64,000 nt of DNA. It comes from an uncultured Gemmatimonadales bacterium (GTDB taxonomy: Bacteria; Gemmatimonadota; Gemmatimonadetes; Gemmatimonadales; GWC2-71-9). Position 1 is the first letter of the stretch. Every line of letters begins with the position of its first letter. Of this stretch, positions 46,998-57,355 are shown piece after piece. The stretch is from the NCBI GenBank assembly GCA_963771275.1, contig CAVYSW010000003.1:672001-736000 (forward strand), read 5' to 3'. The position numbers were made by a program, and so were the translations under genes. The notes beneath the pieces are model-generated. The model did not search any database. It saw only the letters and a program-made list of their open reading frames with translations, and had not been told where the DNA came from.

Positions 46998-49445
46998 CTA
47001 CACCACGAGATTCACCAACCGGTCCTTCACGTAGATCGCCTTCAGTATCTGCTTGCCCTCAATGAACTTACGCACGGTCTCGTCGGCCTGCGCTCCGGCG
47101 ATCGCGTCCGCCTCCGCGATCCCGGGGGGCACGCGCAACCGGCCCCGGACCTTGCCGTTGACCTGCACCACCAGCTCCACCTCGTCGTCGGCCGCGAGCG
47201 CCGTGTCGTAGCTCGGCCACCGGGCCGCGAACACCGACTCCGTGTGCCCCAACCGTTCCCAGCATTCCTCGGCGAAGTGCGGCGCGAACGGCGCCAGCAT
47301 GATGACGAGCGGCTCCACCAGCTCCTGCCGCACCTCCCCCCGCTCCCCACCCTCCCGCCCCTGCCCCTCCTTCTTCAGCAGGTTCAGATACTCCATCAGC
47401 TTGGCGATGGCGGTGTTGTAGCGCAGCCCGGCGAGGTCGTCGGTCACGCCACGCACGGTCTGGTGCAGCTTGCGCCGCGCCTCCGCCGGCGCCGCACCCC
47501 CCGGCCCCACCTGGCCCACCAGCTCGAAGATCCGATCGAGGAACCGCCGCTGGCCCACGATGCCCTGGTCCCGGAAGTCCCCGCCCTCCTGGTATGGCCC
47601 GAGGAACATGAGGTAGAGGCGGAGCGTGTCGGCACCCCACTGTGCGATGTACTCGTCCGGCACCACGACGTTGCCCCGCGACTTGGACATCTTCGCTCCG
47701 TCCTTGACGATCGTGCCGTGCGCGCGGAACCGGGGAAACGGCTCGTCGAAGGGGAGGTGCCCGAGGTCGTGGAGCACCATGGTGATGAACCGGGCGTACA
47801 TCAGGTGCAGCACGGCGTGCTCGTTGCCGCCGATGTACGAATCCACCGGCAGCCACTGCTGCGTCAGCGCCGCGTCGAACGCCCGGTCGGCGAACGCGGT
47901 GGACGGATAGCGCAGGAAGTACCACGCGGAGTCGAGGAACGTGTCCGACACGTCGGTTTCCCGCCGCGCCCGCCCGCCGCACTGGGGGCAGGCCACGCGG
48001 TACCACTCCTCGTGGCGCGCGAGGGGCGAAACCCCGCTCTCGTCCGGCCGGTAGTCCTCGATCTCCGGAAGCCGCACCGGCAGGTCCCGTTCGGGCACCG
48101 GCACGATGCCACAGCGCTCGCAGTAGATGATCGGGATCGGCGGGCCCCAGTACCGCTGCCGCGAGATGCACCAGTCGTGCAGCCGGTACTGCACCCGGCC
48201 GGTGGCGAGCCCCTTCTCCGCCAGCCAGCGCGTGATGGCACCGACGGCCTCGACGCAGCCCATGCCGTCGAACCGGCCCGAATGCACGAGGACGCCGTCC
48301 CAGCCCGTGTAGAGCGCCGCGTCATCCCCGCTTGCGGGCCGCACCACCCGGGTGATCGGCAGGCCGAACGCGGTGGCGAACTCGTGATCCCGCTCGTCGT
48401 GCGCCGGCACGGCCATGATGGCCCCGGTGCCGTACTCCATCAGCACGTAGTCGGCGATCCAGATCGGCACCGTCTCGCCGGTCGCCGGATTGCGCGCGTA
48501 GGACCCGGTGAAGACGCCGGTCTTCTCCTTGGAGCCGACGCGGCGCGACACGATGTCCATGCGCTGCACGCGGCGGCGGTACGCGCTCACGTCGGACTGC
48601 CGCTCCGCCGCGGTGAGGCGATCCACCAGCGGATGCTCGGGCGCCAGCACCACGTAGGTCGCGCCGAACACCGTGTCGGGCCGGGTGGTGAATACCGTGA
48701 TCGCATCGCCCACCGGGGTCTGGAACACCAGCTCCGCGCCCTCGGAGCGGCCGATCCAGTTGCGCTGCAGCGTGCGCGTCGAGTCCGACCAGTCGAGGTG
48801 CTCGAGGTCGTCGAGCAGCCGCTCGGCGAACCGCGTGATCGCGAAGAACCACTGCTCCAGCACCCGCTGCGTCACCGCGGTCTCCGGGTGCCGCTCGCAG
48901 AAGCCGTTGATCACCTGCTCGTTGGCGAGCACGGTCTTGCACTCGGGACACCAGTTGACCGGCGCCTTCTTCTTGTACGCGAGGCCCGCCTTGAGCAGCT
49001 GCAGGAAGATCCACTGGGTCCACTTGTAGTACGCCGGGTCCGTCGTCGAGACCGCGTGGCCCCAGTGCACCATCAGGCCGACGCGGGTCAGCTGATCCCG
49101 GAACCGCGCGATGTTGCGCGGGATGAGCTGCGCGGGGTGCGTGTTGACCTTGAGCGCGTAGTTCTCGGAGTGGATCCCGAACGCGTCGAACCCGATGGGC
49201 TCGAACACGTCGTCCCCCGCCAGCCGCCGGTAGCGGCCGAAGATGTCGGCGCCCACGAAGGCGAACACGTTCCCGACGTGCAGGCCCTCGGCGGACGGGT
49301 ACGGGAACATCATGAGGTTGTAGAACGGCCGCGCCGCGCGGGTGACGTCGAGGGCGTTGGTGCCCCGCTCGACCCAGCGGCGCTGCCACTTCGCCTCGAC
49401 GGCGGCGGGATCGTACGACGTCGCGGACCCTCGGGAATCTGCCAT
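46998..49445 (-). CDS. leuS: Leucine--tRNA ligase
   Basis: MFPYPS, HVGN (HIGH), FTTRPDT editing domain, [35 protein letters not shown]. Confidence 0.98.
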   Translation of the reverse strand: MADSRGSATSYDPAAVEAKWQRRWVERGTNALDVTRAARPFYNLMMFPYPSAEGLHVGNVFAFVGADIFGRYRRLAGDDVFEPIGFDAFGIHSENYALKVNTHPAQLIPRNIARFRDQLTRVGLMVHWGHAVSTTDPAYYKWTQWIFLQLLKAGLAYKKKAPVNWCPECKTVLANEQVINGFCERHPETAVTQRVLEQWFFAITRFAERLLDDLEHLDWSDSTRTLQRNWIGRSEGAELVFQTPVGDAITVFTTRPDTVFGATYVVLAPEHPLVDRLTAAERQSDVSAYRRRVQRMDIVSRRVGSKEKTGVFTGSYARNPATGETVPIWIADYVLMEYGTGAIMAVPAHDERDHEFATAFGLPITRVVRPASGDDAALYTGWDGVLVHSGRFDGMGCVEAVGAITRWLAEKGLATGRVQYRLHDWCISRQRYWGPPIPIIYCERCGIVPVPERDLPVRLPEIEDYRPDESGVSPLARHEEWYRVACPQCGGRARRETDVSDTFLDSAWYFLRYPSTAFADRAFDAALTQQWLPVDSYIGGNEHAVLHLMYARFITMVLHDLGHLPFDEPFPRFRAHGTIVKDGAKMSKSRGNVVVPDEYIAQWGADTLRLYLMFLGPYQEGGDFRDQGIVGQRRFLDRIFELVGQVGPGGAAPAEARRKLHQTVRGVTDDLAGLRYNTAIAKLMEYLNLLKKEGQGREGGERGEVRQELVEPLVIMLAPFAPHFAEECWERLGHTESVFAARWPSYDTALAADDEVELVVQVNGKVRGRLRVPPGIAEADAIAGAQADETVRKFIEGKQILKAIYVKDRLVNLVV

Positions 49446-49508
49446 AGCGCGATAATCTACAGCCGCTTGCCGCCCTTGTGTGCCCGCCGTACCTTACCCC
49501 GCGCCGCC

Positions 49509-51599
49509 ATGCCTACCGCGTCCCGCCTGCGCAATACGATCCTCGGCGTCTCCATTCCGACGACCGTCGTGGCGGTCGCCATCGGCGCCTGGCTCGCGAT
49601 GCAGCTCACGGCGGTCCCGGTGGAGCAGGCTGCGCTCGAGGGCGTCCGCCAGGTGAGCATCCGGGGCGCCGTCGACGTGACCACGTTTCTCGACGCGGCC
49701 CGGCGCGACCTGCGGCGGGTCGCCGCCGCTCCCAGCGTGGTCGCGGCGGCCCGCGAGGCGGGCGTCGAGGCGGTGCGGCGCGGCCTGACGGGTCTGAGCC
49801 CGGAGGTCCTCGAGGATCGCTTCGCCGAAAACCGCGCCCTGCTGCGCGATCCCGTGCTGCAGCGCTACCTCACCACCGTGCGCGACTCCTCCGAATTCGT
49901 GGAGCTGACGCTGACCGACCGCACCGGCCTCACCGCCCTCACGGCCGGCCAGCCGGTGGACTTCGTGCAGTCGGACGAGGAGTGGTGGCAGCAGGCGTTC
50001 GCCACCGGGAGCTACGTGGGACCGCCGCAGTTCGACGAGACGGCCGGCGCTGCGGCGCTCGACCTCGCCGTCCGGGTGGACGATCCCGCGACGGGGCGGC
50101 CGGTGGGCGTGTTGCGCGGCCCGATCCGTCTCGCGCGCCTCGCCGAGCGCCTGTCTGCGGAGTCCGAGGCGACCATCGTCGAGGTCGTGGACTCGGCCGG
50201 ACGGGTCGTGGCGACGCGCGACAGCAGCCGACTGCTCCGCATCTCCTCGCTCGCCGAGTGGTTCAACCGCGACGAGAGCGCCGTGGCGGGCCGCTTCACG
50301 ATCGCCGGGACCGGCCGCTGGGTGGTGGCCGCCGCGCCCACCGCGGGTGGCACCTGGTGGGTGCTGGCCCGAGAGCCGGAGCCCACGACGTTCCGGACCG
50401 CTAACGGCATCCGTCGGGTCATCACGATCTCGGCCGTCGTATTGCTCGTGGCGCTCCTCGGCGTCCTGGGCGTCGTCACCGGCTGGCTCGACCGGCGCGT
50501 CACCGGACCGGTGCGTGGCGCCGTCGAGGTCGCGACCCGGGTGGCGGGCGGCGATCTCACCGTCGAGGTCCCCCAGCTGACCGGGGGCGCGGGCGAAGCG
50601 GACGCGCTGCTCACGTCGTTCCGGACGATGGTCACGGAGCTCCGGGTCCTGGTGTCCGGGATCCGCGCGTCGGCGGAGGAGCTGGCCGCGATGGCGCAGC
50701 AGATCTCCGCGTCCACCGAGCAGATGTCGGCCTCGACCGAGGAGATGGCCGCGACCTCGCAGCGGCTCACCGATCAGGCCACGGAGCAGGCCGGCCAGGT
50801 GCGGAGCGCCGCCGGTGACGCGGAGCGGATCCTCTCGATCGCCACGCAGCTCGCCGCCGGGGCGCAGCTCGCCGCCGAGCGCAGCGGGGCGCTGCGCGAG
50901 ACCGCCGAGGGCAACCGCGTGCGGCTCGTGGCCGGGAGCGAGCAGCTGGCGCAGCTGGCCGCGGAGATCGAAAAGGGGGCGAGCGAGGCGACGCTGCTGG
51001 CCGGCCTCTCGGCCGAGATCCAGCAGTTCGTGACGCAGACGAGAGTCATCGCGACGCGGACCAACATGCTGGCGCTCAATGCGGCGATCGAAGCCGCGCG
51101 GGCCGGCGCCGAGGGCCAGGGCTTCGCGGTCGTCGCGGACGAGGTGCGGAAGCTCGCCAGCCAGGCCGCGCAGGCGGCCCAGACCACGTCGGACACCGTC
51201 GGCCGCGTGGTGCAGGGCATGACCGCCACGCGAGACCGGCTGGCGCGGCTCGCGCGCGAGAGCGTGGTGGTGCGCGGGATCGCGGACGGGGCGGCACGCG
51301 GGCTGGAGGAAGTGACCCAGCAGGCGGTGGAGGGGAACGCCTGGGCCGACGAAATCTCCAGCGCCGCCGGGGAGGCGAAGCTGCTCGTCCAGGAGATCAC
51401 CGAGCGGCTGCAGGGCATCGCGGCGGGGACCGAATCGGCCGTGGCGGCGATCGAGCAGATCGCCGCGGCCGCCGAGGAGCAGAGCGCCTCCACCGAGGAG
51501 GTCGCGAGCTCGGCCGCGCATCTGGCGGAGGCGTCCGAGCGGCTCAACGCCGGCGTGAGCCGGTTCCGACTGCTCGAAGGCTCCGGCTCGGGCGACTAG
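49509..51599 (+). CDS. Methyl-accepting chemotaxis protein (TM, Cache-like sensor, TM, HAMP, signalling domain)
   Basis: [33 protein letters not shown]; two TMs; real start ATG 49509 inside the long ORF. Confidence 0.93.
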   Translation: MPTASRLRNTILGVSIPTTVVAVAIGAWLAMQLTAVPVEQAALEGVRQVSIRGAVDVTTFLDAARRDLRRVAAAPSVVAAAREAGVEAVRRGLTGLSPEVLEDRFAENRALLRDPVLQRYLTTVRDSSEFVELTLTDRTGLTALTAGQPVDFVQSDEEWWQQAFATGSYVGPPQFDETAGAAALDLAVRVDDPATGRPVGVLRGPIRLARLAERLSAESEATIVEVVDSAGRVVATRDSSRLLRISSLAEWFNRDESAVAGRFTIAGTGRWVVAAAPTAGGTWWVLAREPEPTTFRTANGIRRVITISAVVLLVALLGVLGVVTGWLDRRVTGPVRGAVEVATRVAGGDLTVEVPQLTGGAGEADALLTSFRTMVTELRVLVSGIRASAEELAAMAQQISASTEQMSASTEEMAATSQRLTDQATEQAGQVRSAAGDAERILSIATQLAAGAQLAAERSGALRETAEGNRVRLVAGSEQLAQLAAEIEKGASEATLLAGLSAEIQQFVTQTRVIATRTNMLALNAAIEAARAGAEGQGFAVVADEVRKLASQAAQAAQTTSDTVGRVVQGMTATRDRLARLARESVVVRGIADGAARGLEEVTQQAVEGNAWADEISSAAGEAKLLVQEITERLQGIAAGTESAVAAIEQIAAAAEEQSASTEEVASSAAHLAEASERLNAGVSRFRLLEGSGSGD

Positions 51600-52552
51600 C
51601 GTCCGGCGCCGTTCACCGCTCCCCGGACGACCCCCTCGAGCAGCGCGTCGCGCACCGCGCCGCAGATCTCCAGCGCCACCCGTTCCTGCGCCTCTCCCGT
51701 GGATGCCGCCAGATGCGGCGTCAGCACCAGCCGTTCCGACCGGCGGAGCGGCGACTCCGCCGGCAGGGGCTCCGCACCGAACACGTCCAGCGCCGCGCCC
51801 GCGATGGCACCGCTTTCCAGCGCGCGGAGCAGGGCGGTCTCGTCGATCAGCCCGCCACGCGCCGTGTTGATCACCACGGCGGTCGGCTTCATGAGACGCA
51901 GGCGCCGAGCATCGAGCAGGTGCCGGGTCTCCTCGACGAGCGGCAGGTGCAGGGTCACCACGTCGGCGCCGGCGAGCAGCTCGTCGAGCGCCACCAACTC
52001 CACGCCCAGCTCGTGGCCCCGCGCAGCCGGAACGTAGGGGTCGTGGGCCATCAGCCGCATCCCGAACCCCCGGGCGATTCCCGCCACGTGGAGGCCGATC
52101 CGGCCGAGGCCCACGATCCCCAGCAGCTTGCCGTGGAGCTCGGCGCCGCCGAATGCCTTGCGGTCCCAGCCGCCCGACCGCATGCTCTGCGTCGCCCAGG
52201 GCACGCGGCGGACGAGCGCGAGCAGCAGGGCGAAGGTGTGCTCTGCCGCGCTCACCGTATTCGCGCCCGGCGTGTTGAGGACCACGATCCCGCGCCGCCT
52301 GGCCGCGGCGAGATCGATGTTGTCCACCCCCATGCCGGCCCGCGCGATCAGCTTGAGCCGCGCCCCGGCCGCGATCAGATCGGCGGTGACCTGCGTGTCG
52401 GATCGCACGAGCAGCGCGTCCGCCCGGGGCAGCTCCCGTCGGAGCGCCGTCGCGTCGCCGATCGCCGAGACGACCTCGAGCTCCGGCCGGGCCGTCAGCA
52501 GGGCGAGCCCCGCCTCGCCAATCCGGTCGCTCACCAGCACGACGTGGGTCAT
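51596..52552 (-). CDS. serA: D-3-phosphoglycerate dehydrogenase-like, short form without ACT domain
   Basis: [44 protein letters not shown]. Confidence 0.82.
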   Translation of the reverse strand: MTHVVLVSDRIGEAGLALLTARPELEVVSAIGDATALRRELPRADALLVRSDTQVTADLIAAGARLKLIARAGMGVDNIDLAAARRRGIVVLNTPGANTVSAAEHTFALLLALVRRVPWATQSMRSGGWDRKAFGGAELHGKLLGIVGLGRIGLHVAGIARGFGMRLMAHDPYVPAARGHELGVELVALDELLAGADVVTLHLPLVEETRHLLDARRLRLMKPTAVVINTARGGLIDETALLRALESGAIAGAALDVFGAEPLPAESPLRRSERLVLTPHLAASTGEAQERVALEICGAVRDALLEGVVRGAVNGAGR

Positions 52553-53649
52553 CGGCACGCCCCCACGATCTGGCCGAGCAGCTCCGTGACCCCCGCGACC
52601 GTGTGGTCGCCCATGTGCCCGATGCGGATCGTGGAGTCCTTGAGCGGTCCGTAGCCCGATCCGATGATCCACCCGTCCGCCTTGAGTCGCTGCACGATCG
52701 GCCGGCTCTGCATGCCCTGCGGCACCGTCAGGCAGGACACCGTCCACGAGCGCCGGCCGCAGCGCGGCAGATAGCCGAAGCCGAGCCGCCCGCCGTCGCC
52801 GCTCACCCAGTCCTCCACCGTGCGGCGCATCGCGTCGTGCCGGTCCCAGCGCGCCACGACCCCGCCCTGCTGCTCGATCCGCGCGCATTGCGCCGCGAGC
52901 GCGTAGAACAGCGAGACCGCCGGCGTGTTGGTCGGCTGGCGCTCGGCAAACGCCTCCGCATAGGCCACGAGATCCAGGTAGGCGCCCCGTCCCGGCAGCT
53001 TGCGCGCCCGCTCGAGCATGCGGTCCGAGGCGACCCCCAGCGCGAGGCCCGGCGGCAAGGCGAGCGCCTTCTGCGAGCCGGTGAACACGAAATCGAGGCC
53101 CAGCAGGTCCGTCTCGACGGGCGAGCCGGCCAGCGACGTCACCGCATCCACCAGCAACAGGACGTCGTCGAACTCGTGCACGGCCGGTGCCAACTCCGCG
53201 AGCGGCGCGAGGGCGCCGGTCGACGTCTCCGAGTGGACGAGCGTGACCGCGTCGACTTCGGTCCGGAGCAGCGCGTCGCGCAGCATGTCCGGCTCCACGG
53301 TCTCGCCGGGGTTCACGTCGAGGCGCACGACGTCCAGCCCGCAGGCTCTGCCGATCGCCGCGAACCGCTCGCCGAAGGCGCCGCCCACCACCGACAGCAC
53401 GCGGTGCCGCACGCCGGAGCGGATCGCCATCTCCATGAACCCCGTCGCCGCGCACGTGCCGACCAGCACGCGCCGGCTCGTGCGGAACATGTCGCGCAGC
53501 GGCGTTTCGATGCCGGCGAGCAGGTCGACCATGGCCGAGCCGCGGTGCGGGATCATCGGCCGCAACATCGCCGCCAGCACGTCGGGATGCACTTCGGTGG
53601 GGCCGGGAAGGAAGAACCGGCCGAACGGGATAGGCGTCATGGATGGCAT
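52549..53649 (-). CDS. Class V PLP aminotransferase (serine-pyruvate/alanine-glyoxylate type)
   Basis: LPGPT, VHSETSTG, VDAVTS, TGSQKAL, RIGHMG. Confidence 0.92.
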   Translation of the reverse strand: MPSMTPIPFGRFFLPGPTEVHPDVLAAMLRPMIPHRGSAMVDLLAGIETPLRDMFRTSRRVLVGTCAATGFMEMAIRSGVRHRVLSVVGGAFGERFAAIGRACGLDVVRLDVNPGETVEPDMLRDALLRTEVDAVTLVHSETSTGALAPLAELAPAVHEFDDVLLLVDAVTSLAGSPVETDLLGLDFVFTGSQKALALPPGLALGVASDRMLERARKLPGRGAYLDLVAYAEAFAERQPTNTPAVSLFYALAAQCARIEQQGGVVARWDRHDAMRRTVEDWVSGDGGRLGFGYLPRCGRRSWTVSCLTVPQGMQSRPIVQRLKADGWIIGSGYGPLKDSTIRIGHMGDHTVAGVTELLGQIVGACR

Positions 53650-53665
53650 GGGGGCATTTGGGAGA

Positions 53666-53744
53666 GTGAAAAGTGAGAAGTGAGAAGTGAAAAGAGAAGC
53701 CCCCAACGCAAACGGCTCTTCACTCTTCGCTTTTCACCCTTCAC
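53666..53744. repeat. Heptamer palindromic element E4
   Basis: GTGAAAA GTGAGAA GTGAGAA GTGAAAA ... TCTTCAC TCTTCGC TTTTCAC CCTTCAC (last unit contains the upstream gene's stop). Confidence 0.88.
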
Positions 53745-54799
53745 TCCACGCGCTCCAGCCGCGGGTTCGGGCGGTACTGCCGTCCTGCCTTGCCGCACGG
53801 ACGGCCGTCGACCAGCACGACGTCCGCGGTGAAGTCGTAACGCCCCGCAAACAGCGACGAGCCGACGCCGTAGGCGTCCACCGGCACGCCGAGCGATTCG
53901 AACTGCCGGATCTTCTCCGCCGTGAACCCGCCCGACACGACGATCTTCACCTCGCGGAATCCCTCGGCGTCGAGCGCCCGGCGCACGTTCCACACGAGCT
54001 GCGGGTTCACGCCGGTGGGATCGAACGAGCCCATCTGGGGCACGACCGACTTGTCCACCATGGTGTGCGAGGTGTCGAGCCGCACGCCGTAGAGCTGGGG
54101 GCCCAGCGCCCGCGCCACGGCGAGGGCCGTGGTGACGCTGTCGTTGTCGAAATCCACGAGGCTGATCAGCCGTACGTCGTCCGGCATGTACTCGGCGAAC
54201 TTGCGGGTCGCGAGCACCGTGTCGCCCCCGAACGCCGCGATCATGGCGTGCGGCACGGTCCCGATGCCGCGGCTGCCCCACCACGAGGCCTGGGCGTCGG
54301 TCGACACACCGATCGCGCCCGCGATGTGCGCCGCGTAGCCATCGCCCGTCTGGACCAGCCAGTGGTCGTGTCGGGCCGGGAAGAACATGACCTCCTTGGG
54401 CTTCGCCGCGTCCACGACGCGGCGCGTATTCGTGCCGACGCGCGTGCGCCGCGCCAGCACCCCGAGGTAGAGGGTCTCGAGGTGCGCGAACACGTCGTAC
54501 GGTCCCTCGATCGTCAGCACCGTTTCCCACGGCGCGATCGCGTCGCCGTCATACAGGGCGTGCACCACGAGATCCGGCCATTCGACGGCGCAGAGCTTGA
54601 GGATCGCGATCGCCTCGTCCACGCCGCCCAAATAGGCCTGCGCCTTGCCGAACACCTGCATCAGGACGTGCGGGCGATGGCGATCGGCGAGCAGGATCTC
54701 GCGCGTGCGGACGAAGTACTTGTCAGAGTAATAGCCCTCGCGCATCCGCTCCACCGGCAGGTGGAAGATGGCGGGATCCAGTCGCGGGCGTCGTGGCAT
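53741..54799 (-). CDS. pncB: Nicotinate phosphoribosyltransferase-like (type II PRTase)
   Basis: SDKYF, ARHDH, GTVPHA, LVDFDND, GVRLDT, VSGGF, GVGS. Confidence 0.75.
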   Translation of the reverse strand: MPRRPRLDPAIFHLPVERMREGYYSDKYFVRTREILLADRHRPHVLMQVFGKAQAYLGGVDEAIAILKLCAVEWPDLVVHALYDGDAIAPWETVLTIEGPYDVFAHLETLYLGVLARRTRVGTNTRRVVDAAKPKEVMFFPARHDHWLVQTGDGYAAHIAGAIGVSTDAQASWWGSRGIGTVPHAMIAAFGGDTVLATRKFAEYMPDDVRLISLVDFDNDSVTTALAVARALGPQLYGVRLDTSHTMVDKSVVPQMGSFDPTGVNPQLVWNVRRALDAEGFREVKIVVSGGFTAEKIRQFESLGVPVDAYGVGSSLFAGRYDFTADVVLVDGRPCGKAGRQYRPNPRLERVE

Positions 54800-54800
54800 G

Positions 54801-55529
54801 TCAGTCGCGGACCTCGGTGACCTCGAACCGCAGGCGGCGGCGCGCGAGCCAGCGCACCCCCAGCGCGTCGCGCAGGCCGCGCAGGGTGCGGTTCCCTGCG
54901 CCGTACTTGGTGCGCCCGTAGCGCCGGCGCCGGTGGGCCACCGGCAGCTCCTCGAACCGGCCGCCGCGCAGCGCGATCAACGTCGGCAGGAACCGGTGCA
55001 TGCCGTCGAACCGCGGCAGCCCGGCGAGCGCGGCCCGGCGCATCACCTTGAGACCGCAGCCCGTGTCCTGCACCCGATGGCCGGTGATCCAGTTCCGAAA
55101 GCTATTCGCGACCCGACTCTGCACCAGCTTCCAGACGGAGTCGCGTCGGCGCGCCCGGGCGCCGACGACCGCCGCGAGGTCGGGACGCGCCATCAGGCGC
55201 GCGAGCAGCCGCGGGATATCCGCCGGATCGTTCTGGCCGTCGGCGTCGAGCGTCACCACGATGTCGCCGCGCGCAAGGTCCCATCCCGCCGCCAGGGCCG
55301 CGCTCTGGCCCGCGGGCGCGCCAAGTCGCAGAATCCGCAGCTCCGGCATCGTCCGGGCAAGCCCGCGCAGCGCCTCCAGCGACCCATCCGTCGACCCGTC
55401 GTCCACCGCGAGAATCTCGTAGCGGCTCCCGTCCAGCGCGGCCCGAACCTCGGCGAGCAGCGGGGCGAGATTTTCCCGCTCGTCGCGCACGGGCAGGACC
55501 ACCGACAGCTCGGGAGCGTCCGCCGTCAT
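54801..55529 (-). CDS. GT2 polyprenol-phosphate glycosyltransferase (DPM1/ArnC-like)
   Basis: VDDGSTD, GQSAAL, LDADGQNDP, DTGCGLK, HRFLP. Confidence 0.92.
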   Translation of the reverse strand: MTADAPELSVVLPVRDERENLAPLLAEVRAALDGSRYEILAVDDGSTDGSLEALRGLARTMPELRILRLGAPAGQSAALAAGWDLARGDIVVTLDADGQNDPADIPRLLARLMARPDLAAVVGARARRRDSVWKLVQSRVANSFRNWITGHRVQDTGCGLKVMRRAALAGLPRFDGMHRFLPTLIALRGGRFEELPVAHRRRRYGRTKYGAGNRTLRGLRDALGVRWLARRRLRFEVTEVRD

Positions 55530-56164
55530 GCGCCGTCTTCCACGGTTCGCTGGGCGAGGAGCCGGCTCAGCTCGGCCCGGGCACCGACAACGAGCGGCGA
55601 GTCCGGGTGTGTGTCGATCAGCCGCCGGAGCTCGACAATCGCCCGGCCGCGGTCGTGCAGGCGGTCGCGGTAGATGTCCACCAGCCGCAGCGCCAGCGCG
55701 ATCGCGCGCCGCTCGTCGGTCACCCGACTCCTGGCCTCGGCATAGAGCGCCGCGGCCCGGGCCGGATCGTCGAGCCGCCGGAGCGACAGCTCCGCCAGGC
55801 GCACGCGCGCTTCCCAGTCCCCGGGGCAGCGCGCGATCTCCGCGCCGTAGGCCGCCGCCGCATCGGCGTAGGCGCCGCGGGCCTCGAGCGCCTCGATGGC
55901 CGAGTACCCTTTCGCGGGCGGCGTCGACGACCCGTCGGGGGCGTACAGGCTCCCGACCAGGCGGCTCAGTCCCTCACCCGCCGTGCGCGTAACCGCCCAC
56001 ACGCCGCCGGCCACGAGCAGCAGGAGCAGTCCGCCGGGGAGGAACATCGCCAGAATCCCTCCGACCCCGGGAATCAGCTGGCCCACCAGGCCGATCGCGA
56101 CGAACAGGCCGCCCACCAGCAGCAGGTACCGGATGGCGACGCGGTCGGGCAGGTCGGAGGACAC
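55526..56164 (-). CDS. Membrane protein with C-terminal TPR-like helices
   Basis: Two TMs followed by helical repeats (ARVRLAEL, ELRRLIDTHP); ATGA overlap with the GT2 start. Confidence 0.7.
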   Translation of the reverse strand: MSSDLPDRVAIRYLLLVGGLFVAIGLVGQLIPGVGGILAMFLPGGLLLLLVAGGVWAVTRTAGEGLSRLVGSLYAPDGSSTPPAKGYSAIEALEARGAYADAAAAYGAEIARCPGDWEARVRLAELSLRRLDDPARAAALYAEARSRVTDERRAIALALRLVDIYRDRLHDRGRAIVELRRLIDTHPDSPLVVGARAELSRLLAQRTVEDGA

Positions 56165-56233
56165 GAGGCGGGTTGATGGGGATCGGGGGATGGGGTAGGC
56201 GGGAACGTACGGGCCGCGGCGTCGCGAATCAAG

Positions 56234-56263
56234 TTGACACTGACCGGGACGCGCGGGGATAAT
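56234..56263 (+). promoter_or_regulatory. Sigma70-type promoter TTGACA-N18-GATAAT
   Basis: Near-consensus hexamers about 50 bp upstream of the asparaginase start. Confidence 0.55.
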
Positions 56264-56314
56264 TCGCGCAGCCGACACCCATCCAGCGGAACCTCGCTCC
56301 AGGGGGAAACCACC

Positions 56315-57355
56315 GTGTCAGATACGCTTTCGCGCCGGGATTTCGTCGGGGCGGCCTCGGGTCTCGCCGCCGGGGCCGTTCTCGGAGTTCCGCGCGGCGG
56401 GCCGCGCGCCCCCGCCGTGCACGTGCCGCCGCCCGCCCGACCGGTGGCGGTCGCCTCGGCGAACGGCCTCCGCGGAGTCGAGGTCGCCGGCAGGCTCCTG
56501 GCGGAGGGCATGGACACCCTCGACGCCGCGATCGAGGGCGTGAAGATCCAGGAGCTCGACCCGAACGACATGTCGGTGGGCTACGGCGGGCTCCCCAACG
56601 AGGAGGGCGTCGTGCAGCTCGACGCCTCGTGCATGCACGGGCCGACCAAGCGCGCCGGCGCCGTGGGCGCGCTCGAGGGGATCAAGACACCGAGCGTGGT
56701 CGCCAAGTACGTGCTGCTCTACACCGACCACATCATGCTGGTGGGCGACGGCGCCAAACGGTTCGCGCTCTCCTACGGGTTCAAGGAGGAAGATCTCCTC
56801 ACCGAGAAGAGCCGCGAGGCCTGGCTCCACTGGCGCGCGAACCGCGGGCACGACGACGCCTGGCTGGACGTGCCGGACGACCAGCGCCTGCTCGTGGGCA
56901 CCACCGGCACGATCAACATGAACGTGGTGAACCCGAAAGGCGAGCTGTCGTCGGTCACGACGACCAGCGGGCTGTCGTGGAAGATCCCCGGGCGGGTCGG
57001 CGACTCCCCGATCATCGGCGCCGGGCAGTACTGCGACAACGACATCGGCGCGGCGGGGTCGACTGGGCGCGGCGAGTCGAACATCAAGATCTGCGGCGCG
57101 TTCCTCACGGTCGAGCACATGCGGCGCGGCATGAAGCCCGTCGATGCCTGCCTCGAGACCCTGCGCCGCGTCGTGGCCGCGGCCGAGCCCCGGCTGCTCG
57201 ACGCCCAGGGCCGCCCGAGCTTCCAGCTCAACTACTACGCGGTGAACAAGACCGGCGAGCTCGGCGCCGCCTCGCTCTTCCCATCACGCTTCGCGGTGTT
57301 CGACGGCCAGACGGCCGCTCTGCACGACTGCGCCTACCTGTACGAGCGCCGGTGA
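56315..57355 (+). CDS. Ntn-hydrolase, glycosylasparaginase/isoaspartyl peptidase family, Tat-exported
   Basis: SRRDF Tat motif; SVGYGGLPN, QLDAS, GTI, TTSG, GRVGDSP, TGRGE. Confidence 0.92.
   Translation: MSDTLSRRDFVGAASGLAAGAVLGVPRGGPRAPAVHVPPPARPVAVASANGLRGVEVAGRLLAEGMDTLDAAIEGVKIQELDPNDMSVGYGGLPNEEGVVQLDASCMHGPTKRAGAVGALEGIKTPSVVAKYVLLYTDHIMLVGDGAKRFALSYGFKEEDLLTEKSREAWLHWRANRGHDDAWLDVPDDQRLLVGTTGTINMNVVNPKGELSSVTTTSGLSWKIPGRVGDSPIIGAGQYCDNDIGAAGSTGRGESNIKICGAFLTVEHMRRGMKPVDACLETLRRVVAAAEPRLLDAQGRPSFQLNYYAVNKTGELGAASLFPSRFAVFDGQTAALHDCAYLYERR

Noticed and set aside
46908..51599. 1563-aa plus-strand ORF that looks like a giant fusion protein
   Set aside because: The first 867 codons are mostly the antisense shadow of leuS; only the part from ATG 49509 is a real chemoreceptor
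32294..53744. Heptamer arrays as CRISPR or IS ends
   Set aside because: No 23-47 bp repeats with unique spacers, no cas or transposase gene, and no clear target duplications
56175..56196. GGGATCG/GGGGATG heptamer-like tract
   Set aside because: Too short and has no complementary arm, so it was not counted among the palindromic elements
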